DNA of 50,845 bases, taken from positions 1 through 50,845 of IMG/VR virus record IMGVR_UViG_3300036854_000028. One strand, 5' to 3'. This DNA is from a virus (Duplodnaviria > Caudoviricetes). The notes beneath the pieces were generated by a model. The model saw only the letters and a list, made by a program, of their open reading frames with translations, was not told the origin of the DNA and ran no database searches. Below are positions 8,178 to 16,006 of this stretch, piece after piece. How positions within the stretch are numbered: position 1 is the first letter of the stretch; the number at the start of each line of letters is the position of its first letter. The position numbers and the translations under genes are program-made.

Positions 8178-8514
8178 CATCTACCTGTTGCGTCACCTGT
8201 TGCGTCGCCTTGACCGTATTGAGCGGCTGCTCATCCAGATCGGACGGGCAGTGATCACTGAAGGAGAGATCGTGACTGACTTCCACGCCGAGCTGGACGC
8301 CGACCTGGCCGCGCTCGCCCAGCAGATCGCCGACGACGACGCGGACCTGGCGCGTGAGCTGGCTGACTTCTCGGCGGCGGTGGCGCCGAGGCTGAGCGAC
8401 GATGAGCGGGCGCAGCTGGCCGGGCTGGCGCAGCGTCTGGCGGACTTCCGGACGCAGATCGACCAGGTCGACCCGGCGCCGGCCGCGGAGACCGCGCCGG
8501 CACAGACCGCGTAG
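8164..8514 (+). CDS. Coiled-coil lysis-region protein
   Basis: Heptad-rich. Possible second start at 8272 after GAAGGAG. Confidence 0.6.
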   Translation: MASTSIYLLRHLLRRLDRIERLLIQIGRAVITEGEIVTDFHAELDADLAALAQQIADDDADLARELADFSAAVAPRLSDDERAQLAGLAQRLADFRTQIDQVDPAPAAETAPAQTA

Positions 8515-8533
8515 GTCGCGCCTGCATGCGATG

Positions 8534-8564
8534 CCGCCCCCGTGGCCTTCGGGCCCGGGGGCGG
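8534..8564. terminator. Stem-loop between convergent genes
   Basis: CCGCCCCCG-T-GGCC-TTCG-GGCC-CGGGGGCGG with a UUCG loop, at the end of the rightward late/lysis unit. Confidence 0.7.
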
Positions 8565-8574
8565 TTCGTCGTCG

Positions 8575-8817
8575 TCAGGGCAGGGCATGCTCCGCCCGGC
8601 ACGCCTTCACGTAGTCGTCAAGCCACGCCGGCAGGCAGTGGCAGTCGGCCTCGTCGTAGTGGTGGTAGCCGATGCACCGGTCATCGACGCAGCCGCACTT
8701 GTCGCCCCGCCACTTCCCGTCCGGGAAGTAGTGACGGGTGTAGCCGGCGATCGTGGTCGGGATGTCGTAGCCCCAGTACTTGATGGTCTCGCGGGCCTGC
8801 TTGGTCAGGGTTGCCAT
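8575..8817 (-). CDS. Small Cys/His-rich hypothetical protein
   Basis: GAGGAG RBS. CGC.D.RCIGYHH...C.CL motif. Confidence 0.75.
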   Translation of the reverse strand: MATLTKQARETIKYWGYDIPTTIAGYTRHYFPDGKWRGDKCGCVDDRCIGYHHYDEADCHCLPAWLDDYVKACRAEHALP

Positions 8818-8951
8818 CGATCTCCTCATTTGCTACGCTTGGCGGCACCGATCCGGTCCGATGAAGCCGATGCGCACGGTGGACTCGGCGGGGCGGCGCC
8901 ATAGCTCTGAGGCGGTGAGCGGTGCCGTTGTCCGGCTGGTGAGCCGCCACA

Positions 8952-9167
8952 TCAGGTAGTTCGGACAACGGCGTACTTCAGGCCCCGCTTGGGCTTACCC
9001 TCAGCGTCGTTGCCGACCTCAGCCTCCAAGATCCGGCACGCTTCGCAGGTGACCCGCTCCACCCGCCAGGTCCCCTGCGTCTTGCGGTCCATCGACACGT
9101 CCAGCGGATGGCCGCACCCGGAGCACCCGGAGCACTCGTCGCGCTCCTCAGCCAGCAGCGCCAGCAC
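8952..9167 (-). pseudogene. Fragment of a second tail-assembly-chaperone C-terminal domain
   Basis: LAL...CSGCG..L....G.W...TC.AC parallels the resident domain at 49049-49309. No RBS. Internal 9-bp duplication. Confidence 0.6.
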
Positions 9168-9275
9168 TGTGTTGGGTCAGGAGGTTGTATGCACGGCGTC
9201 CTGACGCCACGCGGCCCCGCGCAGAGTGAGTGTCGAGTGAGCAGAACCGTTGACAGCGGCCGGACACTTGAAGAT

Positions 9276-9455
9276 ATGACCAGCGAAAATCTTTCCGCCG
9301 TGTGCACCGCTGGCGACGACTTCCCCGCCTGCGACTTGTACGTCATGTGCCGTGACCCCAAGTGCCAGCACGAATGCCACGACGGCCAGGTCTTTTGCGA
9401 CGAGGCCGGGCGGCGCGGATGGTTCCCGAAGGACGAAACCCGGCTGCCCGGGTAG
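9276..9455 (+). CDS. Small Cys-rich hypothetical protein (59 aa)
   Basis: ATG just downstream of a TTGACA box. Six Cys. Confidence 0.5.
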   Translation: MTSENLSAVCTAGDDFPACDLYVMCRDPKCQHECHDGQVFCDEAGRRGWFPKDETRLPG

Positions 9456-9563
9456 CTCCGTGTCAACAACGTCATGAACTACGACAACCTAGCGGTCCGC
9501 CCGGGCCGGACAGTCCGGGGCCGACCGGCTCAGCGTGACGTCCTGTCGTCGGGGCAGCCGCGC

Positions 9564-9944
9564 TCACAGCGCACCGCCCGGCCCGGAGTTGCCCTCGCCG
9601 AGCGGCCCGCGGGTCGGGTACTCCCGCTGCGGGAACTGCGCCAAGATCGCCTGACGCTGCTGCTCGCTCAGCTCCGCGTCGCGGTACCACGATGCCAACA
9701 GCTTCGCCGCCGTCTCCCGATGGATGTCCCCGAAGGAGCGCAGCGTCTGCACGGCGACGTGGACGATCGGGTCGCCCGGGGTGGCCGGGTGCGGAAGGCT
9801 CACCCCTGGCTGGTCGTCGTCCAGCGAGACCCCGGCGAGGCGTAGCACGTCATACGCGGCCTCGATCTCACCCAGCGCCGCCGCCAGGTGGTCACGCATC
9901 CGCTGCACAGCGCGGTCGAACTCGGGCAGATCAACGGTAGCCAC
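9564..9944 (-). CDS. Hypothetical protein
   Basis: GAGGAG RBS and helical composition. Confidence 0.7.
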   Translation of the reverse strand: MATVDLPEFDRAVQRMRDHLAAALGEIEAAYDVLRLAGVSLDDDQPGVSLPHPATPGDPIVHVAVQTLRSFGDIHRETAAKLLASWYRDAELSEQQRQAILAQFPQREYPTRGPLGEGNSGPGGAL

Positions 9945-10008
9945 GCGCTCTCCTCAGGTCTTGCGGTCAGGGCCGGCTCGTTCAGGACGGCGGGGGCGCC
10001 AGCGGGCG

Positions 10009-10152
10009 TCAGTGATACACCGCTGCTTGGCGTACCGCGTCGATGGTGGCGGAGATGATCCCCCCGACGAGCCACGCGACGAGGAGCGCGATGCCCACGA
10101 TGTACAGGTAGTCCCATTCGCGGCACCACCAGCGCCAGATCCGGGTCAGCAT
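10009..10152 (-). CDS. Small single-TM peptide (47 aa)
   Basis: AGGAGGAG RBS. LYIVGIALLVAWLVGGIISA. Confidence 0.7.
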   Translation of the reverse strand: MLTRIWRWWCREWDYLYIVGIALLVAWLVGGIISATIDAVRQAAVYH

Positions 10153-10166
10153 GTCGCTCCTCCTGG

Positions 10167-10286
10167 TCAGTGGGTGATGAGCCAGCCGACGCCGATGATC
10201 GCGGCGAGCAGGAGCACCGCGAGTAACGCGAGGCCGACGCGCCAGGCGAAGACCATCACCGGGTCGTCTTCGATGTGCTTTGTCAT
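10167..10286 (-). CDS. Small single-TM peptide (39 aa)
   Basis: GGAG RBS. VGLALLAVLLLAAIIGVGWLI. Confidence 0.65.
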   Translation of the reverse strand: MTKHIEDDPVMVFAWRVGLALLAVLLLAAIIGVGWLITH

Positions 10287-10545
10287 CACGTCTCCGCGTC
10301 TCCGATTGTGGGGGGGGCACCGACGGGCCGGGGCTGCGATGTCCACCGACCCGCCGGGCGTCTGCGGGGCCGCGCGGTGGGCGAACGAGCCCTTGTGGTC
10401 AAGTAGCGCCCACCGCGCGGCTGCGGGGTGCGTGGCGGCCCGGACCTCAGGGAGGCCCCGGCGGACAGCTCGTCGGACCGGGCCGCCGCGCGGTGGGACA
10501 TGCCTCCCAAGTGCCAACCCGGGAGGAGACCCTTGTGGGATGATG

Positions 10546-10581
10546 CCATGGTAACCATGGTTAGTCTACCTACCCTTGCAA
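10546..10581. promoter_or_regulatory. Candidate GntR operator and divergent promoter
   Basis: Palindrome CCATGGT-A-ACCATGG (10546-10560) with a TGGT-N-ACCA core. AT-richer patch and TTGCAA at 10576-10581. Confidence 0.6.
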
Positions 10582-10634
10582 GCCTTCGGACGGTGGTGAT
10601 CTACTTGACGGGCCAACCCGGGAGCGCCATCACC

Positions 10635-10859
10635 GTGCCCACCAGCAAGCCCTTATATCAGACGGTCGTCGACGACATCCGCGGTCAGATCCGCGACGGT
10701 GTCCTCCGACCGGGTGACAAGCTGCCCACCAAGCGGGAGATGTGCGTGCAGTACGGCGTGTCCGGGCAGGTCATCGACGCTGCGATGATGGTGCTTCGGC
10801 TCGACGGTACGGTCGAGGGTATCCAGGGCAAGGGAATCTACGTCGCGGGCCGACCCTGA
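10635..10859 (+). CDS. Stand-alone GntR-family winged-HTH regulator
   Basis: PLYQTVVDDIRGQIRDGVLRPGDKLPT..E....YGVS...A...L...G.V....GKGIYV. Confidence 0.9.
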   Translation: MPTSKPLYQTVVDDIRGQIRDGVLRPGDKLPTKREMCVQYGVSGQVIDAAMMVLRLDGTVEGIQGKGIYVAGRP

Positions 10860-10906
10860 CCGATCATCCGAGTAGCCCCGTGGACACGACCCGTCACACT
10901 GCTCGC

Positions 10907-11254
10907 GTGAGCACCCCACACGAACCCGACGAGTGGACGCGCGCCGAACCCCTCGGCCCCATGCCACCACCCCAGCCGCCGATCTCCGGCGTCCCGATGC
11001 CGTACTACCCGCCGCCACCCCCGGAGTACCAGCAGCCCCCGGCGGCGCAGTACGTGCCCATGCCCCCGCCGCCGCCCCAGCAGATCACCTACGTCCAGCC
11101 GGTCGCCCGCAGGGGACTGACCGGGCCACACGCTGCCATCTACATCACGCTGATCGTCGTCGGTGTGCTGGTCGTCCTGCCGGTGCTGTGCTGCCTCGGC
11201 CTCGGCCTGATCGGCGCGATCGGAGGTGCGGCGCATCCGTATCCGACCCCGTAA
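10907..11254 (+). CDS. Pro-rich membrane protein, possibly leaderless
   Basis: Poly-Pro/Gln N-terminus and a C-terminal TM with CC. CACACT -10-like box 6 nt before the GTG. Confidence 0.7.
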   Translation: MSTPHEPDEWTRAEPLGPMPPPQPPISGVPMPYYPPPPPEYQQPPAAQYVPMPPPPPQQITYVQPVARRGLTGPHAAIYITLIVVGVLVVLPVLCCLGLGLIGAIGGAAHPYPTP

Positions 11255-11394
11255 CCCGATCAGGTGACACCTGTAGCGCTGCGTGCGCGGCCGGCGATAT
11301 CCACGGTGGGGCCCCGGAGACCTGATAGACGCGCGACCGGGGAGTCTGCTCAGACCCCGCACCTGCCCGGCTCGCCTCGATCCCGAGGAGAGCC

Positions 11395-11691
11395 ATGTCC
11401 GACGAGTTGGCGGGCGACGAGCTGGCGGCCGTGATCCTGGTACCAGACGTCGAGCAGGACCGGTGGCTGGCCCGCTGCATGGACCACATCGAACGCTGCG
11501 GCTACCGGCTGGCGGCGATCGTGCGGCGCTGGGAGGACGCCCATCGGCTGATCGGCGCCGGGCAGGTCCAGGTCGTCGTCGTGGCCCGCCCGGAGCACAT
11601 CCCGCCGCAGCGGGTACCGCGGTTCGAGGTGGCCGGGGAAGAGGGGCCGGCGCTGACCCGCCGCCAGCGCCGGCCCCGGCCGATCAGCTGA
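11395..11691 (+). CDS. Hypothetical protein, possibly a degenerate resolvase-like fold
   Basis: GAGGAG RBS. C..HIERCGY.L...I.AG.V.VVVVAR echoes a serine-recombinase N-domain but lacks the YxRxS motif. Confidence 0.65.
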   Translation: MSDELAGDELAAVILVPDVEQDRWLARCMDHIERCGYRLAAIVRRWEDAHRLIGAGQVQVVVVARPEHIPPQRVPRFEVAGEEGPALTRRQRRPRPIS

Positions 11692-12508
11692 ACCTCGGCA
11701 GCGTTTCCCGGGCGGCGCGCTGCTGCGCGAGGGTCGCCTGCGTATAGATCTGCGTCGACTGAAGGGAGGCGTGGCCAAGGATCTCCTGGGTGACCCGGGC
11801 GTCGCGGTACGCGGCCTGCACGGTGACGCCGAGCCAGTGCCGCATCCGATGCAGGGCGACCCCGGGCATGCCGAGGCGGCGGCGGAAGTACACCGCCGAG
11901 CGGATGGAGATGTACTTGCGGTCGGCGCGCTCGCCCGTGCGTGGGTCTATGGCGATCGGCCCGGGCGGCAGGTCCCGCACGGCCTCCCACACGGCCGGAT
12001 CGGTGTCGTGCCAGCGCGGCTTGCCGCCTTTGCCTCGCACGACCAGCAGCCGTTCCTGCGTGATGTGCTCGCGGTCCAGGCCGGCGATCTCGCAGCACCG
12101 CAGGCCCTGGTAGGCGGCGATCAGGGACCAGAGCCGGTACGGCTCGATCGCCTCGGTGAGGATCCGGCGCAGCTGCTCGTGCTCGATGGGTCGGGCGATC
12201 CCCCGCGGCGCCCGTGGCTTGGGTGGCATGTACCGCATCGGGTTGTCCCCGCCCAGCCACGGGTCGTCGACGTCGAAGGAGCGCGCGTAGAACGAGGCGA
12301 GGGCTCCATAGTACGTCTCCTGGCTGGACAGCTGGCAGTCGTCGCGGTAGACGAGCGGGATCAGCTCGTCGGCGTTGGCCCGTTCGAGGCCGAACGGGAG
12401 CTGCTGATCCATGCGGGTGAGGATGTCGCGGCGACCATCGACGGTCGCCGCTGAACATCTGGCTTCTGGGCTAGCCAGCCACCTGAGGTATCGCTCCAGC
12501 ACTGTCAT
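11684..12508 (-). CDS. int: Tyrosine integrase/recombinase without an arm-binding domain
   Basis: Catalytic motifs GLRCCEI, RGKGGK, LHRMRH, LGHAS and TQIYT. About 274 aa (alternative start 12553). Confidence 0.95.
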   Translation of the reverse strand: MTVLERYLRWLASPEARCSAATVDGRRDILTRMDQQLPFGLERANADELIPLVYRDDCQLSSQETYYGALASFYARSFDVDDPWLGGDNPMRYMPPKPRAPRGIARPIEHEQLRRILTEAIEPYRLWSLIAAYQGLRCCEIAGLDREHITQERLLVVRGKGGKPRWHDTDPAVWEAVRDLPPGPIAIDPRTGERADRKYISIRSAVYFRRRLGMPGVALHRMRHWLGVTVQAAYRDARVTQEILGHASLQSTQIYTQATLAQQRAARETLPRFS

Positions 12509-12552
12509 TTCCTGATCGTCCGACTGCGGCTCGTGAGAATGTGATCGGGTCA

Positions 12553-13044
12553 TCAGGCGGCATCCCGGTTGCGGCCCGGCCGGATTGGCGCCGGTCGGCG
12601 GTGGCGGGGGGACTGGACGGGGATGCCGGGGTGGCTGGGCGGCCGGTTGTCAGCGGGCCGGACACGATCGGGGGAGCCCGAAGGGCCTGACCTTGCGGCC
12701 GGCCGCACCCTCGCAAGCGTAGGTTGCGAGGCTTTCCCCGTGCCGGATGCCGAAGGTCCGGTCGGCCGATAGACACCGGCCATGCAGGGGCCGGCGAGTA
12801 GCCATCCGTAGTCGACGCCGGTCCGCTCGGCGATCCGGGCGGCGATCTCGACTAGGCGTCGAGGCTGGGCGTTCTCCAGTTCCCAGAGGCGCCATGACGC
12901 TGCCGGCACGCCGCATGCGAGTGCGGCCTCTTTGATGTTCCACCCCATCCGCCAGCGCACCAGTGCGAGGCGCGCGGCGAAGCTCTCATCCGTCGGGATC
13001 CACGGCGGGGTCTCGACCGGGTTCCCCAGGACTTCGGCTGTCAT
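12553..13044 (-). CDS. Immunity repressor (XRE HTH) with a long disordered C-terminal tail
   Basis: FAARLALVR..MGWNIKEAALACG....W..WE...TGVDYGWLL. Divergent from the cro-like gene. Probably leaderless (TATCCT 6 nt upstream). Confidence 0.9.
   Translation of the reverse strand: MTAEVLGNPVETPPWIPTDESFAARLALVRWRMGWNIKEAALACGVPAASWRLWELENAQPRRLVEIAARIAERTGVDYGWLLAGPCMAGVYRPTGPSASGTGKASQPTLARVRPAARSGPSGSPDRVRPADNRPPSHPGIPVQSPRHRRPAPIRPGRNRDAA
12709..12731. other. Candidate attP core inside the repressor gene
   Basis: CCTCGCAA-GCGTAGG-TTGCGAGG: perfect 8-bp inverted repeats flanking a 7-bp asymmetric spacer. Confidence 0.5.
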
Positions 13045-13155
13045 GCCAACAGGATACCGGGTATGACACATCAGGCAACATATCTGGCATGAACCTGTCC
13101 TTGACACAGCTTTCTGAGTCAGAGTACCTTCATGTCCATGACACAGCTTCCCGAG
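13045..13155. promoter_or_regulatory. Divergent lysis/lysogeny promoters with repeated operators
   Basis: Rightward TTGACA (13101), N18, TACCTT (13125). Leftward TTGCCT, N16, TATCCT. TGACACAGCTTYCYGAG occurs at 13102 and 13139, and TGACACA at 13064. Confidence 0.85.
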
Positions 13156-13326
13156 CTTATGACGCCAGCGGAGGTAGCGGAAGCCCTCCGGCTCAGCGAC
13201 GAGACGATCCATCGCTGGGCGCGCATCGGGAAACTTCCGCACGTCGATGTCCTGGGCGTCAAGCGCTTCCGCCGTGAGGACGTCGAGGCGATCCTGCGCG
13301 GCGAGACCCCGGCGAGCGCCGCATGA
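13138..13326 (+). CDS. Cro/excisionase-like HTH (MerR-type) protein
   Basis: LMTPAEVAEALRLSDETIHRWARIGKLP...RFRREDVEAIL. First rightward early gene. Confidence 0.9.
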   Translation: MTQLPELMTPAEVAEALRLSDETIHRWARIGKLPHVDVLGVKRFRREDVEAILRGETPASAA

Positions 13327-13814
13327 GCGCCGCGTCGTATGTCCGCCAGCAGGCCCGCCGCGTCGAGGTAGCCGCCCGCGCTCGACGTACGCGGCCCAGC
13401 GACCGCCGCGACCTACCTGCGGGCCATCAGCTTTACGTCTACTGGGGCGGCATGCCCGGCGAATGCGGCGCTGAGTGCTCGTGTGGACTGGCGTTCGATG
13501 GCTTCGACCGCCTCGGTGAAGCGGTGAACCTGGTCGATCGGCACATCGCCATTTGTCGCGGCGCACGCCCGGATCACGCCGCCCGGGCGGTTGACATCCG
13601 CAACTGCTTCCCTGACGCACCACGAGGCGGCCGTCCGGTCCACACCGGCAGCGAGCGCAAGACGCCGTCAATGAGCATGGCGGTGCGCATCTGCGGCTAC
13701 TACGAGACGGGCCGCAAGGACATGACGCCGCGGCAGCGCCGCCGCGCATACAAGAAGTACCGGCGCGCCGAGCGCCGCCGGGCTGAACTGGCGGAGCTCG
13801 GCGGTGCGGCATGA
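13323..13814 (+). CDS. Hypothetical protein with C.C.G...H metal-binding motif
   Basis: ATGA overlap with the cro-like gene. Confidence 0.6.
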   Translation: MSAASYVRQQARRVEVAARARRTRPSDRRDLPAGHQLYVYWGGMPGECGAECSCGLAFDGFDRLGEAVNLVDRHIAICRGARPDHAARAVDIRNCFPDAPRGGRPVHTGSERKTPSMSMAVRICGYYETGRKDMTPRQRRRAYKKYRRAERRRAELAELGGAA

Positions 13815-13960
13815 ACCTGAAGCCCCCGCCGCGTCCGCGTCCCGGTCCCGATCCGGATCGCAACCCCTTCGGCCGGACCTGCGGCCTGACGCTGCTCGCC
13901 CTCCCGGTACTGCTGCCGCTCGTCGCGTGGCACTGGCTGCGGGCCTGGTGGTCCGCGTGA
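13811..13960 (+). CDS. Small Pro-rich membrane peptide (49 aa, not in the ORF track)
   Basis: MNLKPPPRPRPGPDPDRNPFGRTCGLTLLALPVLLPLVAWHWLRAWWSA. 4-bp overlaps at both ends. Confidence 0.65.
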   Translation: MNLKPPPRPRPGPDPDRNPFGRTCGLTLLALPVLLPLVAWHWLRAWWSA

Positions 13961-14175
13961 CCCGCCCGCCACGCCCGCCGCGCAATCCGACCGGAGGCCG
14001 CCGGACCGGAGGAGGCAACGCTGGCCGCGGCCCCGGACGCGCGGGCCGGTCGGGCACCAGTCCGCCGCCCGGGATGCGGCCTCCAGGGAAAGACAGCGCC
14101 GGCTGCGCGTTGCTCGCGCTCGCCGCCGCCGCCACGCCGGTGGCCGTGCTGATGCTGATGCTGGCGGTCCGGTGA
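13957..14175 (+). CDS. Small Pro/Gly-rich membrane peptide
   Basis: GTGA overlap. Ends GCALLALAAAATPVAVLMLMLAVR. Confidence 0.6.
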   Translation: MTRPPRPPRNPTGGRRTGGGNAGRGPGRAGRSGTSPPPGMRPPGKDSAGCALLALAAAATPVAVLMLMLAVR

Positions 14176-14414
14176 CCAAGAAACCCAACCAGCCGGCCGG
14201 CCCGAACTCCCCCGGGCCCGGGCCGAAGCCGCCGCCCCCGTCGCGGCCAGCGCCGACCCGGCCGACGCCCCCGGGGCCGACCCCGCCAGGCCCGGCGCCG
14301 GTGAAGACACTGCTGCCCGGCCCGTACGTAGGCCGCCACCGCGCACACCACGCCGAACCGACCCCGCTCTACTTCGCCACCCTCGTCGACCTCGCCGCCG
14401 CTGATCCCCGATGA
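14172..14414 (+). CDS. Pro-rich small protein
   Basis: GTGA overlap. Poly-Pro then YVGRHR. Confidence 0.6.
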   Translation: MTKKPNQPAGPNSPGPGPKPPPPSRPAPTRPTPPGPTPPGPAPVKTLLPGPYVGRHRAHHAEPTPLYFATLVDLAAADPR

Positions 14415-14424
14415 CCTCACCCAC

Positions 14425-14604
14425 GTCCCGCGCGGTGCGCCCCGGCAGGGGCGGCGGCGAGCGCACGCCGGGACACGGCCGCCCCGGGCGCTTCCCCCCG
14501 GCCCGGGGCGGCCACCAGACGGCTGCCGGCTCATGGAGTCGCCGGCAGATGGACACCGCTGGTGTCCAGCCCGGCCGGCCCGATCGGGAAGCGGGCCGGC
14601 CGGG
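14425..14604 (+). ncRNA. Candidate structured RNA with five tandem hairpins and complementary loops
   Basis: Stems at 14425-14474, 14477-14513 (13 bp), 14523-14548, 14550-14568 and 14570-14604 (13 bp). Loop CTTCCC is complementary to loop GGGAAG. Confidence 0.6.
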
Positions 14605-14637
14605 TAACCCCCCAACCCCCAACCCCCAGGAGATGTC

Positions 14638-15378
14638 GTGCCGAACCTGATCGACCTGGATGCCCTCCAGCTCGCCAAGGGCGCCCACCCCGATGGGCCG
14701 CCCCCCGGCGACCCGAACTGCGAGATGTGCCTCTTCGAGGCGTACAACGCCCTCCTCGCGTTCTGCGGCCAGCGCGAGATCGACGAGCTGACCGACGAAT
14801 GTCCCGACGACGTGTCGCCCATCCTGCACCGCATGGGCGTCTACTTGAACGACCTGCTGCCCGACGATGTGCGCCAGCACATGAAGCAGTACCTGCCCGA
14901 CCCCATCACCGGCCGTTCCCTCCTGTCCGGCACCCGCGACGACGGCCTCGACGAGCAGCGGCAGTGGATGGCCGCCGACTGGACCGTCCAGTACGCCCTG
15001 CCGCGCTGGCTCGACGCCACCGGCCACGCCGAGCACGCGGCGCGGCTGCGCGTACTCGCCCCGATCACCGACCCGGCGTCTCTCGACGCGGCGTGGCCAG
15101 TGGTGCTCGCGGTCCGCGAGCAGATGTGGAGGCTGCGCCAGTCGCGGCTGGCCGAACTGCGCGCGACGTACCGGGCTGCCGGTGCCGTTGCCGGTGCCGT
15201 TGCCGCTGCCGGTGCCGGTGCCGGTGCCGGTGCCGGTGCCGGTGCCGCGTACAACGCGACCTACTACAAGGTCTACCACGCGGTGCGGCTGCAGATCGAG
15301 GCCAGGTACGCGCCGGTGAGCGCCGAGCTCCAAGGCTCGGCGCTCGGCTTGTACCACCGCATGATCCGCCCCGCCTGA
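14638..15378 (+). CDS. Hypothetical phage protein with an Ala/Gly repeat
   Basis: CAGGAG RBS. L.KG.H...CLFEA...TD.CP..VSP......LND motif of a common phage family. Confidence 0.8.
   Translation: MPNLIDLDALQLAKGAHPDGPPPGDPNCEMCLFEAYNALLAFCGQREIDELTDECPDDVSPILHRMGVYLNDLLPDDVRQHMKQYLPDPITGRSLLSGTRDDGLDEQRQWMAADWTVQYALPRWLDATGHAEHAARLRVLAPITDPASLDAAWPVVLAVREQMWRLRQSRLAELRATYRAAGAVAGAVAAAGAGAGAGAGAGAAYNATYYKVYHAVRLQIEARYAPVSAELQGSALGLYHRMIRPA
15175..15246 (+). repeat. In-frame hexamer microsatellite (GNTGCC)12
   Basis: Twelve units. The last six are perfect GGTGCC. Confidence 0.95.
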
Positions 15379-15391
15379 CCCCGCACAGCAA

Positions 15392-15423
15392 CGTGGGGCT
15401 GGGCCCACACGCCCAGCCCCACG
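15392..15423 (+). terminator. Intergenic 13-bp hairpin (terminator or processing site)
   Basis: CGTGGGGCTGGGC-CCACAC-GCCCAGCCCCACG. No U-tract. Confidence 0.5.
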
Positions 15424-15437
15424 AGAAGGAGACTGCC

Positions 15438-15818
15438 ATGACGATCGTACCGAACACCACCGACGTGACCGAGCCGGACCCGAAGTCGCCCCGCCAAGTC
15501 CTCGCGGCGATCGCGCTCGCTGAGTTGCCGATGCCGCACCAGATCATCTTGTGGGCTCCCGGCGAGGTGTCCAAGGAGCCGTGCATGAAGCTGGACTTCC
15601 GGACCATGGCGGAAGGCGAACAGTGGCTCACCGCGCACGGCGGGACGCCGAGCCGTCGATGGAGCGACGGCTCGAAGCGGTACCACCTCGACCACGACGG
15701 CGGCTCTATCCTGTGGCTGGGCTGGCGGCTGCACTGCCACGCGAGCGAGGCCCTGTCGCCCGAGCCGGCCCCGCTGGATGACGAGACCCGCGAGCAACTG
15801 CGGGCGGTGGCGTCATGA
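15438..15818 (+). CDS. Hypothetical protein
   Basis: GAAGGAG RBS. Confidence 0.75.
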   Translation: MTIVPNTTDVTEPDPKSPRQVLAAIALAELPMPHQIILWAPGEVSKEPCMKLDFRTMAEGEQWLTAHGGTPSRRWSDGSKRYHLDHDGGSILWLGWRLHCHASEALSPEPAPLDDETREQLRAVAS

Positions 15819-16006
15819 GCGACCTGTACCGGCTGTGGTGGCACACCGACCGCGGGCTCGGGCACACGGATCCCCTGTCGTGGGAGCAGGCCCACCGGCG
15901 CTACGACGAGCTGATGCACGGGCCGTGCGTGTACCACCGGCCGGTGCATCTGGTCACCGACGAGCAGTTCCTGCGCGCGTACGCCGAGGCGGTGCTGGCC
16001 GGATGA
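15815..16006 (+). CDS. Hypothetical protein
   Basis: ATGA overlap chain with GC3-rich codons. Confidence 0.65.
   Translation: MSDLYRLWWHTDRGLGHTDPLSWEQAHRRYDELMHGPCVYHRPVHLVTDEQFLRAYAEAVLAG

Noticed and set aside
11261-11273. Palindrome CAGGTG-A-CACCTG downstream of the integrase as attP core
   Set aside because: A 1-bp spacer does not fit a tyrosine-recombinase core, which needs 6-8 bp. It is more likely an operator, though the gap remains a fallback attP location.
12553-15408. 951-aa minus-strand ORF
   Set aside because: Only the last 163 aa (the repressor, from 13044) look real. The rest is antisense shadow over well-formed plus-strand genes in high-GC DNA.
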